Below are positions 29,530 to 43,200 of a DNA stretch of 64,000 nt, piece after piece. The stretch lies in contig CM119264.1 of assembly GCA_051294375.1 (NCBI GenBank), positions 2,104,481 to 2,168,480 of the forward strand. Reading direction: 5' to 3'. Positions within the stretch are counted from its first letter, which is position 1. Each line of letters opens with the position of its first letter. The position numbers and the translations under genes are program-made. The notes under the pieces were generated by a model. It saw only the letters and a program-made list of their open reading frames with translations. It had not been told where the DNA came from and made no database searches. Source of the stretch: Paraspadella gotoi. Lineage: Eukaryota > Animalia > Chaetognatha.

Positions 29530-30073
29530 TTATTGTTCGGGCGGTCGTCGGCGGGAAGTGAGAGGCAGCGTTGCCGCGACGCCGCTACTGCTGCCGCGGA
29601 GGCCAACCCCGCCGCCAACTTGCTCTCCGAAAACCTCGATCGTATCGTCCTCCTCCATGTCGAGGCCGAGGGGCGTGTCGTCGTCGTGCACGGGCTGACC
29701 GTTAAGAACGAAGCGGACAGAATTTTTCTGAATTGAAAATTTTACAAATACAAGTTGGTTCTTCTTTGGACAATCATCCAATTGTCTTGAGTTTACACAT
29801 TTTACATTCACCGAATGGGAACAGAAAATTATAGCAAAAAAGCTAGAACCATTTTCCCTCTTGAACAAATCTCGCGCTTCGGCTTACGTTGACGTTGGCC
29901 CGGTCGCAGTAGGCATTCATGAGTTTCCGGAGAGCCGTGTTTTTCTTGATCTTGAAGTGAACGACTGTTCCGTCTTGACCCGTGACTTTGAGATTGATGT
30001 GTTTGGCGTCGGTCGCCGGCGTCGCCTCGCCCTCCTTTTCTCCCTTCACTCCGGATTCCTGCGAAGTTCCCAT
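29530..30073 (-). CDS. SUMO: SUMO family protein (divergent), exons 30073-29888 and 29727-29530; 127-aa precursor
   Basis: HINLKVTGQDGTVVHFKIKKNTALRKLMNAYCDR..VRF..GQP...DTP..LDMEEDDTIEVF.EQVGG, the SUMO fold with a diglycine motif. Confidence 0.92.
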
Positions 30074-30490
30074 CACGAGGCTCAGATCAGTGTTAATTGA
30101 GTTTTAGAGACTTTATTTTCGTCGATTGTACTTATTTTAATAAACTGGAAAAATTAAACCAAATTAAATTAAATTAAATTATCTGTACGAAAGTGTTCAA
30201 AATAAATAAAAACCGTTAATCTCACGATTAAGGAAAATTTAAATAAAGAAAAGACGCGATTTTTTTTTTCCTTGAAAATTGTTGATTATGCTGCAAACTA
30301 AATGAGTAATTCTGTGCGGTGTGGTTCTTTTACAAAAAAAATTATCCAATTATTTAAAATTTATTTTAATTTTAAAATTTTAGATGTTAACTCTGGTTCA
30401 AAAAACGATTATATCACAATATCCCGCTCTGGCAAGAGCCAATTAGAAACAAGAGACACCAGCCGAGTTGAAATCTGGAGCGCTGGCGAG

Positions 30491-30504
30491 GTTGTCATGG
30501 AGAC
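30491..30504 (+). promoter_or_regulatory. RFX X-box upstream of Flattop
   Basis: GTTGTCATGGAGAC, a near-canonical X-box ~165 bp before the ATG of a ciliary gene, in the divergent SUMO/Flattop intergenic region. Confidence 0.65.
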
Positions 30505-30666
30505 GCCAAGCTTTGTCTCGTAACCACTTGACGACAATCGCAGATTTGTCGTAACATCGTCGTTAAACTAATACATGGTAAAAAAAAACGCAAAATTGGA
30601 AGTGGCCAACCCCAATCGGAAGAGGCCAATTTCAATCATAAGAGACCAACCCGAATTCGAGCAATC

Positions 30667-33600
30667 ATGTCCAAATCCTTCAGCTCAATGCAATTCGAGG
30701 ACCCGTTCCGACCGGGCTACGGCCTCAGCAACTGGGAGGTTCCCCGTCGACACAAGGCCATGCCCGATAAGCGCGTGGGAAAAACCCAAGTGGTGGCGAC
30801 GGATCGCGGGCACCTCGTCCCCGGAGCCGCCCGTCGATCCTTGGAGAATCCTTGGGGCAACTTTCAAGGAACTTGGGACATGCCGACCAAGGTCAAAGGC
30901 GTGAGGAGCGACGTCACCACAGGTATGATATTCAATAATAATTAGATTAAAAGTAGAAAAATTTGACGAAAAAAAATATACCGGGCAACATCAGCGCGGT
31001 CCCTCTACGGCGTGGAGAAACTGCAGCTCCCCTCGCGGCCGACCAAGAAAACTCAAGAGTTGAAGGAAATGCAGAGGATGAACGAAGTCGTGAAACAAGG
31101 TGGCGCCGCTCGAGTCGTCAAGAACAACAGATTGGGTAAGGACTAAGGGCAACAACAACAACAACAACAACAGATTGGGTAATGACTAAGGGCAACAACA
31201 ACAACAGATTGGGTAAGGACTAAGGGCAACGAGTACATTTTTTTTAACCATGCAGTCTAAAATTTTCCTAATACTGTTGAGTTTCTAGTATAATTTTAAG
31301 TGCTTAAAACGATTAACAAGGTATCGACAATCGTTTAGTTGGCGTGGACTACAACATATAATTTTTCTTTTTACCACAACTGAAAAGTTAAGCAGTTGTT
31401 TTTTTTTTAACTATTTATTTATCCTGAAATTAGTATAAGTATATAAGACGCAATGCAAGCTAAAAGCTGAAAGAGAGTTCCACCGAGGCGAAAAAAAATT
31501 ATTGATTTTAGCCCATCTGAATATTTTTTTTTATTCCCTGAGTCTTTACAGAAGTTATCCTAAAAAATCTATGCAAAATTGTTACAGGCTATCGAGATAC
31601 AGTAAAATACAGTGAATAATTTAAAAATCCATTACCCATAAATATTATTGGAACTAAACTTTGCCATTGCGTAAAAAGTCATTTCGATCAATTTTTGTCA
31701 ATTTCTGAATTTCTGGCTGGGATTCTGTTTTCACATCTATCTTTTTTTCACTTTGACAAGGTACTTTTTTTTCAAATTCATTTTTTTTGTAAAAAAAAAA
31801 TAAGTCTTTCTTAATAACCTTTTGAATCATAATAACCACATATAGTTATAAGCGTTTTAAACCTAAAAGAAAAATTATATATTATCTATATTTTTTTAAA
31901 GATTATTTTTTTTACTGCAATATGCAAATGAGATTATTGCATTTTTAGCTTTTTATAATGGAGCATTTGGAAAACTTTTAAGAAATCTAACGCATGAGTA
32001 TGTGAGTATGTGATAAAGCTGGATATAAATTTTTTGATGGACTCGTAGGAGTGGAAAAGAGTTCAAATTAGAAAACCAAAAAATACATGATTTGATTTTT
32101 TTAAAGTTTCTCTCAATCTCTCTCTGATTGATTGATAGATTGAATGACCAAATTATGCCAATTGATAGAAATATGCCAGTTGACCAAATTCTGCAAGTTG
32201 ACCAAATTATGCAGTTGACCAAATTATGCCAGTTGACTAAATTCTGCAAGTTGACCAAATTATGCCAGTTGACCAAATTATGCCAGTTGACCAAATTATG
32301 CAGTGGATAAAATTATGCCAGTGGATAAAATTATGCCAGTTGACCAATTATGCCGGTTGACCAAATCATGTTAATTGACCAAATTATGTCAGATGACCAA
32401 ATTATGTCAGTTGAACAAATTATGTCAGTTAATCAAATTATGTCAGTTAAACAAATTAAGTCAGTTGACCAAATTATGTTATTGAGCAAATTATGTCAGT
32501 TGACCAAATTATGTCATTTAACCAAATTAAGTCAGTTGACCAAATTATGTCAGTTGACCAAATTATGAGTTACAGATTGAAATTGCAGTGACAATTAGTG
32601 CATGCAACATATATGCCAGTTAAATAGCTACAAATTGTATGACATAGCAGATACAAATTATGTCAGTTGAACAAATTATGTCATTAATTATGTCAGTTAA
32701 ACAAATTAAGTCAGTTGACATTTTACATAGTATGACAAATTATGTCATAACATAGTATGACTAAATATTTCAGTTGACCAAATTATGTCAGTTGACTAAA
32801 TTTTGTCAGTTGACCAAATTATGCCAGCTGACAAAATTATGTCAGTTGACCAAATTATGCCAATTGACCAAATTATGCCACTTAATTATCGTAGGCAGAT
32901 CCGACATTGTTTGCTCCAACCTGTTTAATGAAAATGATAATTATATTTTTGCATAAAAAATGAAAATTTAAAAAAATGAAAAACATCAGATTTGGCCCAA
33001 AATAATTATCTCCAATCTGATGTTTTTAGAAATACAAAATGTTTGCTCTTTTCTTTATTCTTAATTATGAACAAAAAAATTCTGCTCTTTTTCAACTAAA
33101 AAATTCAATTATTTTAATAAATAAAAATGCCCTGTCTTCAAAGTTGTACGTATTTTTATTCCAAATTAATCATGGATTATCATAAAAATATAGATTTATG
33201 GCTACTACCCTCCAAATCCATGGGTCTTTTTGTAGAAAAGACATCAGGGCAAAAAAGTCAGGTCTATATGAAAAAATGATAAAAAAAATTGATTTGGACC
33301 AAGGCTCATTCATAATTATGTTTTTGCATAAAAAATAAAAATATCAAAAAATAAAAAACATCAGATTTTGCGCAAATTGATTACCTCCAATCTGATGTTT
33401 TTAGAAATGCAAAATGTTTACGCGTTTTCTTTAATTATAATTATGAACGCAAAAAATAATATTTTCGAAAAACTGGAAAATTCAATTTTTTTATTAAAGA
33501 AAAATGTCCTATCATCAAAGTTGTGCATATTTTTTATTCAAATTTATCATGAATGATCACAACAACATAGATTTACCACCCCTCATTTACTACCCTCCAT

Positions 33601-34228
33601 TTTCGTTTTTTTTCTCATAACAAAGCATCAGTACAAAAAAGTGAAATATTTGATAAAAAGTAAAAATCTGTTTGTCAGTCCAAATTTCTGATATATTAAT
33701 TGATTATGAACAAGCCCTGATTCAAAATTGTCGCAAAAAATATGTAGAGGTAAGGGCTTGGTCTGCTCTAACAGAATATGTATTAAAAATGCGTTTTTTA
33801 AACCATTTTGTGACAGTACCATAATTTCGAAAACATATAGTAAAAAAATTTGTCACACTTTTTTTCATATTTTTTTCTACTTTGTTAACGATTGGACCTT
33901 GTTAATCTTCTCACAGGGAAATGACGGTCCTTCACATTGTAACTGAACCTTCTGAGTACCAAATGGCTGCATAATTGATAATATTGGGTAAAGGAGTTGT
34001 CTCTGAGATCAATAAATTGGTGCAAAAGTAGGCTGAAACTCCCTTTTAGCTTTTATCTTGCATTGCGACATAAGTATTCAAACAAAAAATACTTGAATCG
34101 ATATGAAACATGTGATTTTAATTGAAGATGAGAAGCTGTATCTAAATTTTCAGCTTCCTAAAAATATACATTTACAATTTATAATTGTAAAAAAAGCGTG
34201 ACAACGACGACGTTGTTACAAAGAAGCA

Positions 34229-34261
<33 letters not shown>

Positions 34262-37200
34262 TTAAAAACAAAGTAAAAACAGGTACTTCATAAAAAATAA
34301 GAATATATTTCTCCCTCTCTAAAATATGGAATCTTGGTGAATGGTGATGCAAATTAAGGACGCATACAAAATATCAAAATTAACACCTTAGTAAATAATA
34401 TAAAAATGAACAAAGATATTAAGGCACTAGATCCCCTTCTCAACAATGAACAAAAAAGATCACTGCGTTCGGCACTGAGCGTTTCCATCCCCATCTTCGC
34501 CATTGCGTACATCAAGATCGTCACTGCCGACGTCACGATCGTCATTGCCAACGTCAAGATCGTCATTGCCGACATCTGGACCCGAAACGACGTTTTGTTT
34601 ACGATAGTCTTCGAGCTTCTCGTACTGGACGGACTTGTCGTGCCTCTCGATGATTGGTCGAATTTCGAAATCTCCTCTTCCTCCTTCCTCCTTCACCTTC
34701 CCCAACAAATACTCTATCTTCTCCTTATCCTTCCTCGCTCTCTCCTCTTGCCTCCTCTTTTGCGCCTTGTACTCCAGCACGGCCGCCTTCAACTCCTTAT
34801 CGTAGTTCTGCTGCTCAACCAGATTTTGTTTCAAATCCTGCGCCTCCTTCTTCGCTTGCTCCAATTCGTACTCCGCTCTGTCTCGCGCCATCGACGCCAT
34901 GTTGAAGGTGATGCGGTTAACGACGCCGGATCCGCGAGAGGCCGAGTAGAGAGCCTCCATGGATATGCAGCCGCCCTTGCAGCAAGTCTTGTAGCCGGCT
35001 TTGAGCGGCTCCGGGAGTTCCGGCGGCGGCGATGGCGGCGGCGGAGCGGTTGCGGTCGGAGCTTGGGACGATTGCATCGAACCCACGAAGGTTCCGTCCA
35101 GCGCTACTTGTGACTGCAATGCTCGGTGCTGCTCCTTGACCCGTTTGATCTCTTGATTTTTAATCTCTATCTGAGTGTTCATGTGGCTGACGGCGTCGGA
35201 TGTATCCTTTTGAGCCGATTTCAATTCCTTCTCCATCTTTTGAACGGCGTGATCTTTAGCCAAATTTTCTCGTTTCGCGTCTTCCAAAGATTGAAGGCAA
35301 ATCTCCAGTCGTTTTCCTTTCTCCATCATTTCTTGTTTGAGTTTCTCCACTGATTCTCCGCCCCCTTGTTCTTTCTCACGCTCCCGTTTCTTTACTAGAA
35401 CGGCCACGAGCTTCTCGTGCTTGGCCTGTAGCTCTTGATAAACGGAGGTCAACCTGATGCCCTTTTGGAAATACTGATCCGCGGTCTCTTTGGACTTTTT
35501 CAATTCTTCCTCCAATCCCTCGATTCTTTTCTTAGATTCTACCAGTTGGATGCCCAACTCTCCGGTCTCGATTTCTCCATCCCACCATTTGTTCTCCATC
35601 TCCCTGTAATCTTTGCATAGCATATTGTAATTTTCACTGGATCTCTCGACTTCAGCGCGCAAGGATTCCAGCTCCGTTTTCTCTTTTGTCAAAGTGGATA
35701 CCTTGCACTCGAGGATTTTCTTCTCTTGTGCGACATTATCGAACTCTTTTTCCAACTCGGACGCTTTTTGAGAATAAAAGTCTTTTTCTTTTTCAATCTC
35801 TTGCTTAGTTGCCAATTGAGAGAGATAGTTTTCGATCTGTTCTTCCTGATCCGCTTTTTGTTGTTTAACGAAATCAAGTTCTTCCTTAACTTTGTTCAAT
35901 TCAACTTGTAAGCAAGAAATCTTGACTTCCATTTCTTTAACCAATTCGCTCGAGCGTTCGTTCATTATTAGTTCTAGTTGATCTTTCTCTTGTTTCAAAA
36001 TATCAAACTCATCATTCAATTTATTTAACTCGGAATTATACGATGATGCTCTCATGTCAGACTCTTGAACTAAATTGTCATAATCACGTTTAATCTCTTG
36101 ATATTTATTACTAAATTCAATTTGAAGATTAGCTTGCACTGACAATTGCGACTGATATTCCTTTATTTGTGCATCTTGTTCAACATTTTGCCGTTTCACA
36201 AAATCAAGTTCAGTGTTAGCATTACTTAATTCCAATCCTAAACATGCAATGTTTTGACTCATTTCTTCGATACAATTATCGGAAACTTGCTTTTGATTTT
36301 CAGTGTCTTTTAATACAACACACTGCGCAGTTAACTGAGAAGAATAATCTTTTAATTGTTCATCAAGAATAATCTTTTTTTGCTTCATATAATTTATTTC
36401 TTCATTTACCTCGTTTAACCTTTTTTTCAAATCAATTATTTGTTGTTTCGCATCTTCAGCATCATTCCTAAGTTTATATTCAACCTGCTCAAAATCTCTA
36501 TCTTTATCTCTCAACAGATTTGTCTGAGCTGTTAATTTAGCAGCATATTCCTTTATTTTCTCCTCTTTCAGGGCCTCTTGTTCTTTTAGATTATTGAATT
36601 CATCATTTACTTTTTTCAATTCAACTTCTAATGTTGATAACTTTTTACTCATTTCTACAGGTTTCCCCAGAGCATTAAGACTTTTTATTTCCTCATCCTT
36701 ATTTTTTAACTGAACTGTTAAATAAAGACTTTCTTCTTTTAAACGAGTTTGTTCCATGTTTAATATATTTATTTTATTGTGAGCTTCATTTAAGTCTTTT
36801 TCATATGACATAATATTTATCTCAGACTCACGGGCTAACTTATCAAATTCTTCTCTAAGATGATTTAAATTTTCATCTTTATCTTTTTTCAACTCTGACA
36901 ATTCTACATAATATACGTTCATTTGTCTTTCTTGATCGCTTTTTTGTTGTCTTTCTAAAACAAGCTCGTTGTTAACATGGCTCAATTCACCTTCTAACAA
37001 TACAATCTTTTCTTCCATTTCTTTTGGTATTTTACTTAAATGTTCATTAGCGTGTTGCTCCTGTATGTCCTTTTCTTGTTTTAAAACATCAAATTCAGCG
37101 TTTAGCTTAATTAATTCCCCTTGATAAACCAATGCTTTTTCATCATTTTCCTTTGACATAAGTAAGACATTCTTTAATTCTTGATCTCTATCTTTCAATT

Positions 37201-40200
37201 GATTTGTCTGCGCATCTAATTTAGCTGAATAATCATTTATCTGCTCTTCTTGAACAGATTGCTGTTGTTTTAAATTATTGAATTCGACATTCACTTTGCT
37301 TAATTCTTCTTCTAATTTTGATAATTCTTTTTCATAAGTTAATATTTTTATCTCAGACTCACAAGCTAAAGTGTCATAGTCGAGCTTCAGACTGGCAAAA
37401 TTATCATCCTTCTCTTTATTAATCTCACATTGATCTGACAATTTTTCCTGATATTCCTTGATTTGTTTTTCTTGATTAGCTTTTTGCTGATTTACCAAAT
37501 TAAGTTCATTGTTAACTTTGCTTAATTCCATTTCTAGCAATGTAGCTTTGTCTTCCATTTCTTTTGACAAGTTACTAGAATGTTCAAGATCATGAGTCTC
37601 CTTATGGGCCTTCTCTCGGGCTAAAATTTCAAGTTCAGCTTTAACTTTATTCAATTCAGCTTGTTGCAATAAAGCCTTTTCATTTGAATCATCGGCCAGT
37701 TTTTTCGTATCTACAAACTTATGTCTAATATCTTCCAATTCTCCATCTTTAACTTTTAACAATTTGTTTTTAGTTACTAACTGAGCGGAATAATCGTTTA
37801 TTTGTTCTTCCTTAGCGGCATCTTGTTGTCTCAGGTCATTAAATTGATCGTTCATTTGATTTCGTTCTATTTCCAACGTTGATACTTTTTTATTCATCTC
37901 TTCAGATGATTTATGAAATGCCATCCTAAGATTTTCTATTTCATTATCCTTATCTTTTAACAAGTTAGACTGAACAGTCAATCTGGAAGAAAATTTTTGT
38001 CTTTCTTCTTCTAGAAAAGCTTGTTCAGAGTTTAATCTTTGAATTTGATCTTTTGCTTCATTCAAGTCTTTCTCAAAAGACGAAATCTTAATCTCTGATT
38101 CACGGGCCAAAATTTCGCGTTCTATTTTTAGATTTTCTAGACGACAATCTTTCTCTCTTTCAATCTCAGACTGATCGGACAATTTAGATTGATATTCCTT
38201 CACACGTTTTTCCATATCATCTTTTTCTTCTTTCATAACTTTAAGTTCCCGGTTAACTTTGTCCAATTCCGTTTCTAACAGAGAAACTTTGTCTTCCATA
38301 TCTTTAGATTGTTTACACGAATTTTCATACATAAATTCGTCTTTTTCTCGCTTTAAAGTTTCGAGTTCCACCTCGACTTTTTTAAATTCAATTCCACGAG
38401 ACGCTTGTTTTTCAATCGCTTCCTTGTACATCAATGCAAGATTTTCTAATTCAATATCTTTATCCTTCAAAACCTTCGATCGATCTGTCAGCCTCGCATT
38501 CATTTCGTCCTCTTGAAGAGAATTTTCTCTTTTAACAGAGTGTAGTTCACGCTCCATCTCTTCCAGTTTCAATTCAAGCGAACAAACCTTTTCATTCACA
38601 TCTTCGTTGAGCTGACGATCAGCATTCTCATGGTCACGCCGATCGGACGACTTGGCCGCGTATTCCTCTATTGTTTTCTCCATTTTGGATTTTTCTCGTT
38701 TGGAGATTTCCAATTTAGCCATCACGCTGCTTAACTCCTCCTTCAAGGAAGACGCCTCATCCACCAATCGCGCAACGAGACTCTCCGACTGGCGAAGTCG
38801 ATCGTCGACGTGCTCCTTAGTGGTCTTAGCTTCTTCCACGAACAATCCTTCCCACGCCGACTTTTCGTGCAAACAAAAACTCTTCTCCGCCCACTTGCTC
38901 GTCAACTCCCGATTCTCTTCCCTCACTCGCTCCAACTCTTCCTTCACTCGCTCCATATCAAAATCCTCTCGATCGGCTAGCATCTCGTGTAGCTCGTCGT
39001 TCTCTCTCTCCAACGCCGTCGCCCGCTCGACGAGCTCTCGCTTCTCCGCCTCGACGCGATCGTTATCGCCTTGGAGAGTCTCGCAAAGATCCGCGTACTC
39101 GGCGCACTTGACCTTCATTTCCGAGAAATCGGCCGAAGGCGGTCGAGGCGGCGGCTTGAGCGCCAGGTTGTCCTCGCTGACGGTCTTGCGCAGCATCGTC
39201 TCCCGCGACATCCGCTCCTTGATGGTGCAGAGCTCGCGCTCCAGCGTCGCGATGGCCAGATCCTTATCCAACAGCTCGTCCTCCAATTGACGAAGACGGG
39301 ATCGATTGTCTTCGTCATCGACGGACGGAGGATCGGGCAGCGGCGAATAACGAGACGTGACGATTTCGTCGCCGAAATTGACGCGTTTCGCCCGCTTCGC
39401 CGAAGACGACGGCGCCGCCGCGGTCTCCTGCGGCTGCTGCGGAAGAGTGTTCTTCCCACTCAGCTGCAGACTCGATTTGATGGCGCTGGACGAGAGGTTG
39501 CTGCGTCGCGCGGGTGGACGGAGTCTCGTCGTAACGAAAGCGGATTGAGGACCGGAACGAACGAAGGCCGTCGACGGAGTCGCGCAGGGTGTGTCCGAAG
39601 GCGCCGGCGCAGAAATTTGAGAATCCTCGAGAAGAGTCGGCGCCGCAGCGGGATCGGCGCCGCAGCGAGTAAGAGTGAAGGACGGATAAAAGGAGGAGCG
39701 GCGCCGGAGATTTTTGCCGCCTTGACCCGGCGCCCAAGTCTCTCGTCGACGAGCGCGGGTCTTGAATGCGCTGGGTTTGGGGGCGGCGTTGGAGGCCGAG
39801 TCGAGAGAGTGGATGAAGAGCTTCTGGAGTTTCTCGAGGGCACGTCGTTGTTCCTCGAGGCGTTCGTCCTTTTCCGTCATTTTGCGTTCGTGTTCTTCTC
39901 GACGTTCGGAGTCGGGCTGCACGGGTAAGGGAAGGGATGAACTTGTTAACAGGGGGAAAATAAAGAAAAAACAGAATAGCGAATTTTTATATTTGTTTTA
40001 AGGTCCGGGATCACTCAATTCAAATTATAATTAGCCTAAAACCGAGCTCGGATTTCGAAAGGAGAGCTCCTGACGATTCCGAAAATGTATTCACTTTACT
40101 ATTTTTTCAAAGGCGTCATCGTTTTTTGATTTTTTTTGTACTATATAAAATAAAAGAAACCTATTTGAAGAGTTGCAGCCCAAACGGTAAGGCGGTTTCT

Positions 40201-43200
40201 CATAAAATTTGGCATGAATTACTTTTAGGTCACTAACTCAATTCTATGAAAAGATATTTTCAAAATTTGCCTTCCTTCATATAAAATTTGATTATTTTAA
40301 TCAATTTTTGGGATTAATTCCTTGATATCTTTGAAACGAAAAACATTTTTTCAAAAACGCGCTCATAGAATCTCCCCCACCTTTCCTTTCTTGCCCAAGA
40401 TATTTTTTTTCTTCAAGAAGAGTCCAATGGTTTGAGCTGCAACTCTTCGTTTTTAACTTCACTTCGTCAAGAAAGTTAAATTCTGTACTCATTAAACTCA
40501 TTAAACATTTACATAAAGTAAAAAGTCAAATTGAAATAAATTCGATAAGTTTTTTAACTCATAAAACTCATGAAAGTATAAAAAACCGTCTGGAAAATGT
40601 GAAGAGTAGTTTGTTTTAGACTTATTAGTTATACAACCCCATGTATGTACTTGTACCAAAGGAAGAATTAAATATAAGAAGTAGAAATTGAGCTTACTGT
40701 AAAGAATCAGTTTTAAGTTAAAAATTTAGTTGTAGAAATTTAGCTTACATATAAAAAAATAATTTTCTCTTGAAAATCTAGTTTTACCGAAGAAAAAAAT
40801 TTTGTTTAAATTTTATGAACATTTTAGGTAGATTTTTAAAAGTTTTCGAATAATTTTTAATAGAAAACCTCTTACAGGATATGAGAAAATGATTAAGATA
40901 CAGTAAATTAAATTTCTACAATTTTAGGTTGAGTGATCCCTGGCCTTAACAATTTCAAAGGGGAGAAAAAGAGAAAACTGCGGAGGAATCAAAAAGGATT
41001 GATAAAAAATAGAGGATGAGATGGGTTCAAAGAGAAAGCGTGAGAAAGAAATAGTGAGAGAAAAGAAAAGTGTGAAAGTAAAGATAGTGAATACTACTAC
41101 TAAATAGTGGTAAATATTTCACATGGGTAGAGAGACACACGCTCAGAAAACCATTAAAATAAATTTGAAGGAACAACTACCGTCCTACATCGACAAAGAA
41201 ACTCAACACGAAACCATCCCCCACTAACCCTCTACTGACACGTGACTCAAACAACTAATCCAAAAAGGACAATTTATGGTTCCTAGTGGAACCGGGATTC
41301 TTTATGGTTCTTCCCCACCAACAAGTGAGCATCTGCTCTGCAAAAGAGAGATCAGTGGTCTTTTAATACAACACACTGCGCAGTTAACTGAGAAGAATAA
41401 TCTTTTAATTTTTCATCAAGAATAATCTTTTTTTGCTTCATATAATTTATTTCTTCATTTACCTCGTTTAACCTTTTTTTCAAATCAATTATTTGTTGTT
41501 TCGCATCTTCAGCATCATTCCTAAGTTTATATTCAACCTGCTCAAAATCTCTATCTTTATCTCTCAACAGATTTGTCTGAGCTGTTAATTTAGCAGCATA
41601 TTCCTTTATTTTCTCCTCTTTCAGGGCCTCTTGTTCTTTTAGATTATTGAATTCATCATTTACTTTTTTCAATTCAACTTCTAATGTTGATAACTTTTTA
41701 CTCATTTCTACAGGTTTCCCCAGAGCATTAAGACTTTTTTATTCCTCATCCTTATTTTTTAACTGAACTGTTAAATAAAGACTTTCTTCTTTTAAACGAG
41801 TTTGTTCCATGTTTTATATATTTATTTTATTGTGAGCTTCATTTAAGTCTTTTTTCATATGACATAATATTTATCTCAGACTCACGGGCTAACTTATCAA
41901 ATTCTTCTCTAAGATGATTTAAATTTTCATCTTTATCTTTTTTCAACTCTGACAATTCTACATAATATACGTTCATTTGTCTTTCTTGATCGCTTTTTTG
42001 TTGTCTTTCTAAAACAAGCTCGTTGTTAACATGGCTCAATTCACCTTCTAACAATACAATCTTTTCTTCCATTTCTTTTGGTATTTTACTTAAATGTTCA
42101 TTAGCGTGTTGCTCCTGTATGTCCTTTTCTTGTTTTAAAAATCAAATTCAGCGTTTAGCTTAATTAATTCCCCTTGATAAACCAATGCTTTTTCATCATT
42201 TTCCTTTGACATAAGTAAGACATTCTTTAATTCTTGATCTCTATCTTTCAATTGATTTGTCTGCGCATCTAATTTAGCTGAATAATCATTTATCTGCTCT
42301 TCTTGAACAGATTGCTGTTGTTTTAAATTATTGAATTCGACATTCACTTTGCTTAATTCTTCTTCTAATTTTGATAATTCTTTTTCATAAGTTAATATTT
42401 TTATCTCAGACTCACAAGCTAAAGTGTCATAGTCGAGCTTCAGACTGGCAATTATCATCCTTCTCTTTATTATCTCACATTGATCTGACAATTTTTTCCT
42501 GATATTCCTTGATTTGTTTTTCTTGATTAGCTTTTTGCTGATTTACCAAATTAAGTTCATTGTTAACTTTGCTTAATTCCATTTCTAGCAATGTAGCTTT
42601 GTCTTCCATTTCTTTTTGACAAGTTACTAGAATGTTCAAGATCATGAGTCTCCTTATGGGCCTTCTCTCGGGCTAAAATTTCAAGTTCAGCTTTAACTTT
42701 ATTCAATTCAGCTTGTTGCAATAAAGCCTTTTCATTTGAATCATCGGCCAGTTTTTTTCGTATCTACAAACTTATGTCTAATATCTTCCAATTCTCCATC
42801 TTTAACTTTTAACAATTTGTTTTTTAGTTACTAACTGAGCGGAATAATCGTTTATTTGTTCTTCCTTAGCGGCATCTTGTTGTCTCAGGTCATTAAATTG
42901 ATCGTTCATTTGATTTCGTTCTATTTCCAACGTTGATACTTTTTTATTCATCTCTTCAGATGATTTATGAAATGCCATCCTAAGATTTTCTATTTCATTA
43001 TCCTTATCTTTTAACAAGTTAGACTGAACAGTCAATCTGGAAGAAAATTTTTGTCTTCTTCTTCTAGAAAAGCTTGTTCAGAGTTTAATCTTTGAATTTG
43101 ATCTTTTGCTTCATTCAAGTCTTTCTCAAAAGACGAAATCTTAATCTCTGATTCACGGGCCAAAATTTCGCGTTCTATTTTTAGATTTTCTAGACGACAA

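Larger units (their letters stand above)
31443..34070. mobile_element. Nested non-autonomous TIR element containing an 18-bp satellite and a 375-bp-period duplication
   Basis: CGCAATGCAAGCTAAAAGCTGAAAGAGAGTTCCA (~31449-31482) is the inverted match of TGAAACTCCCTTTTAGCTTTTATCTTGCATTGCG (~34034-34067); ATAAGTAT occurs at 31435-31442 and 34070-34077. Confidence 0.6.

Noticed and set aside
31953-32956. ORFs with LTKLCQ / VDQIM / LVNWHN repeats
   Set aside because: Translations of the 18-bp satellite in several frames.
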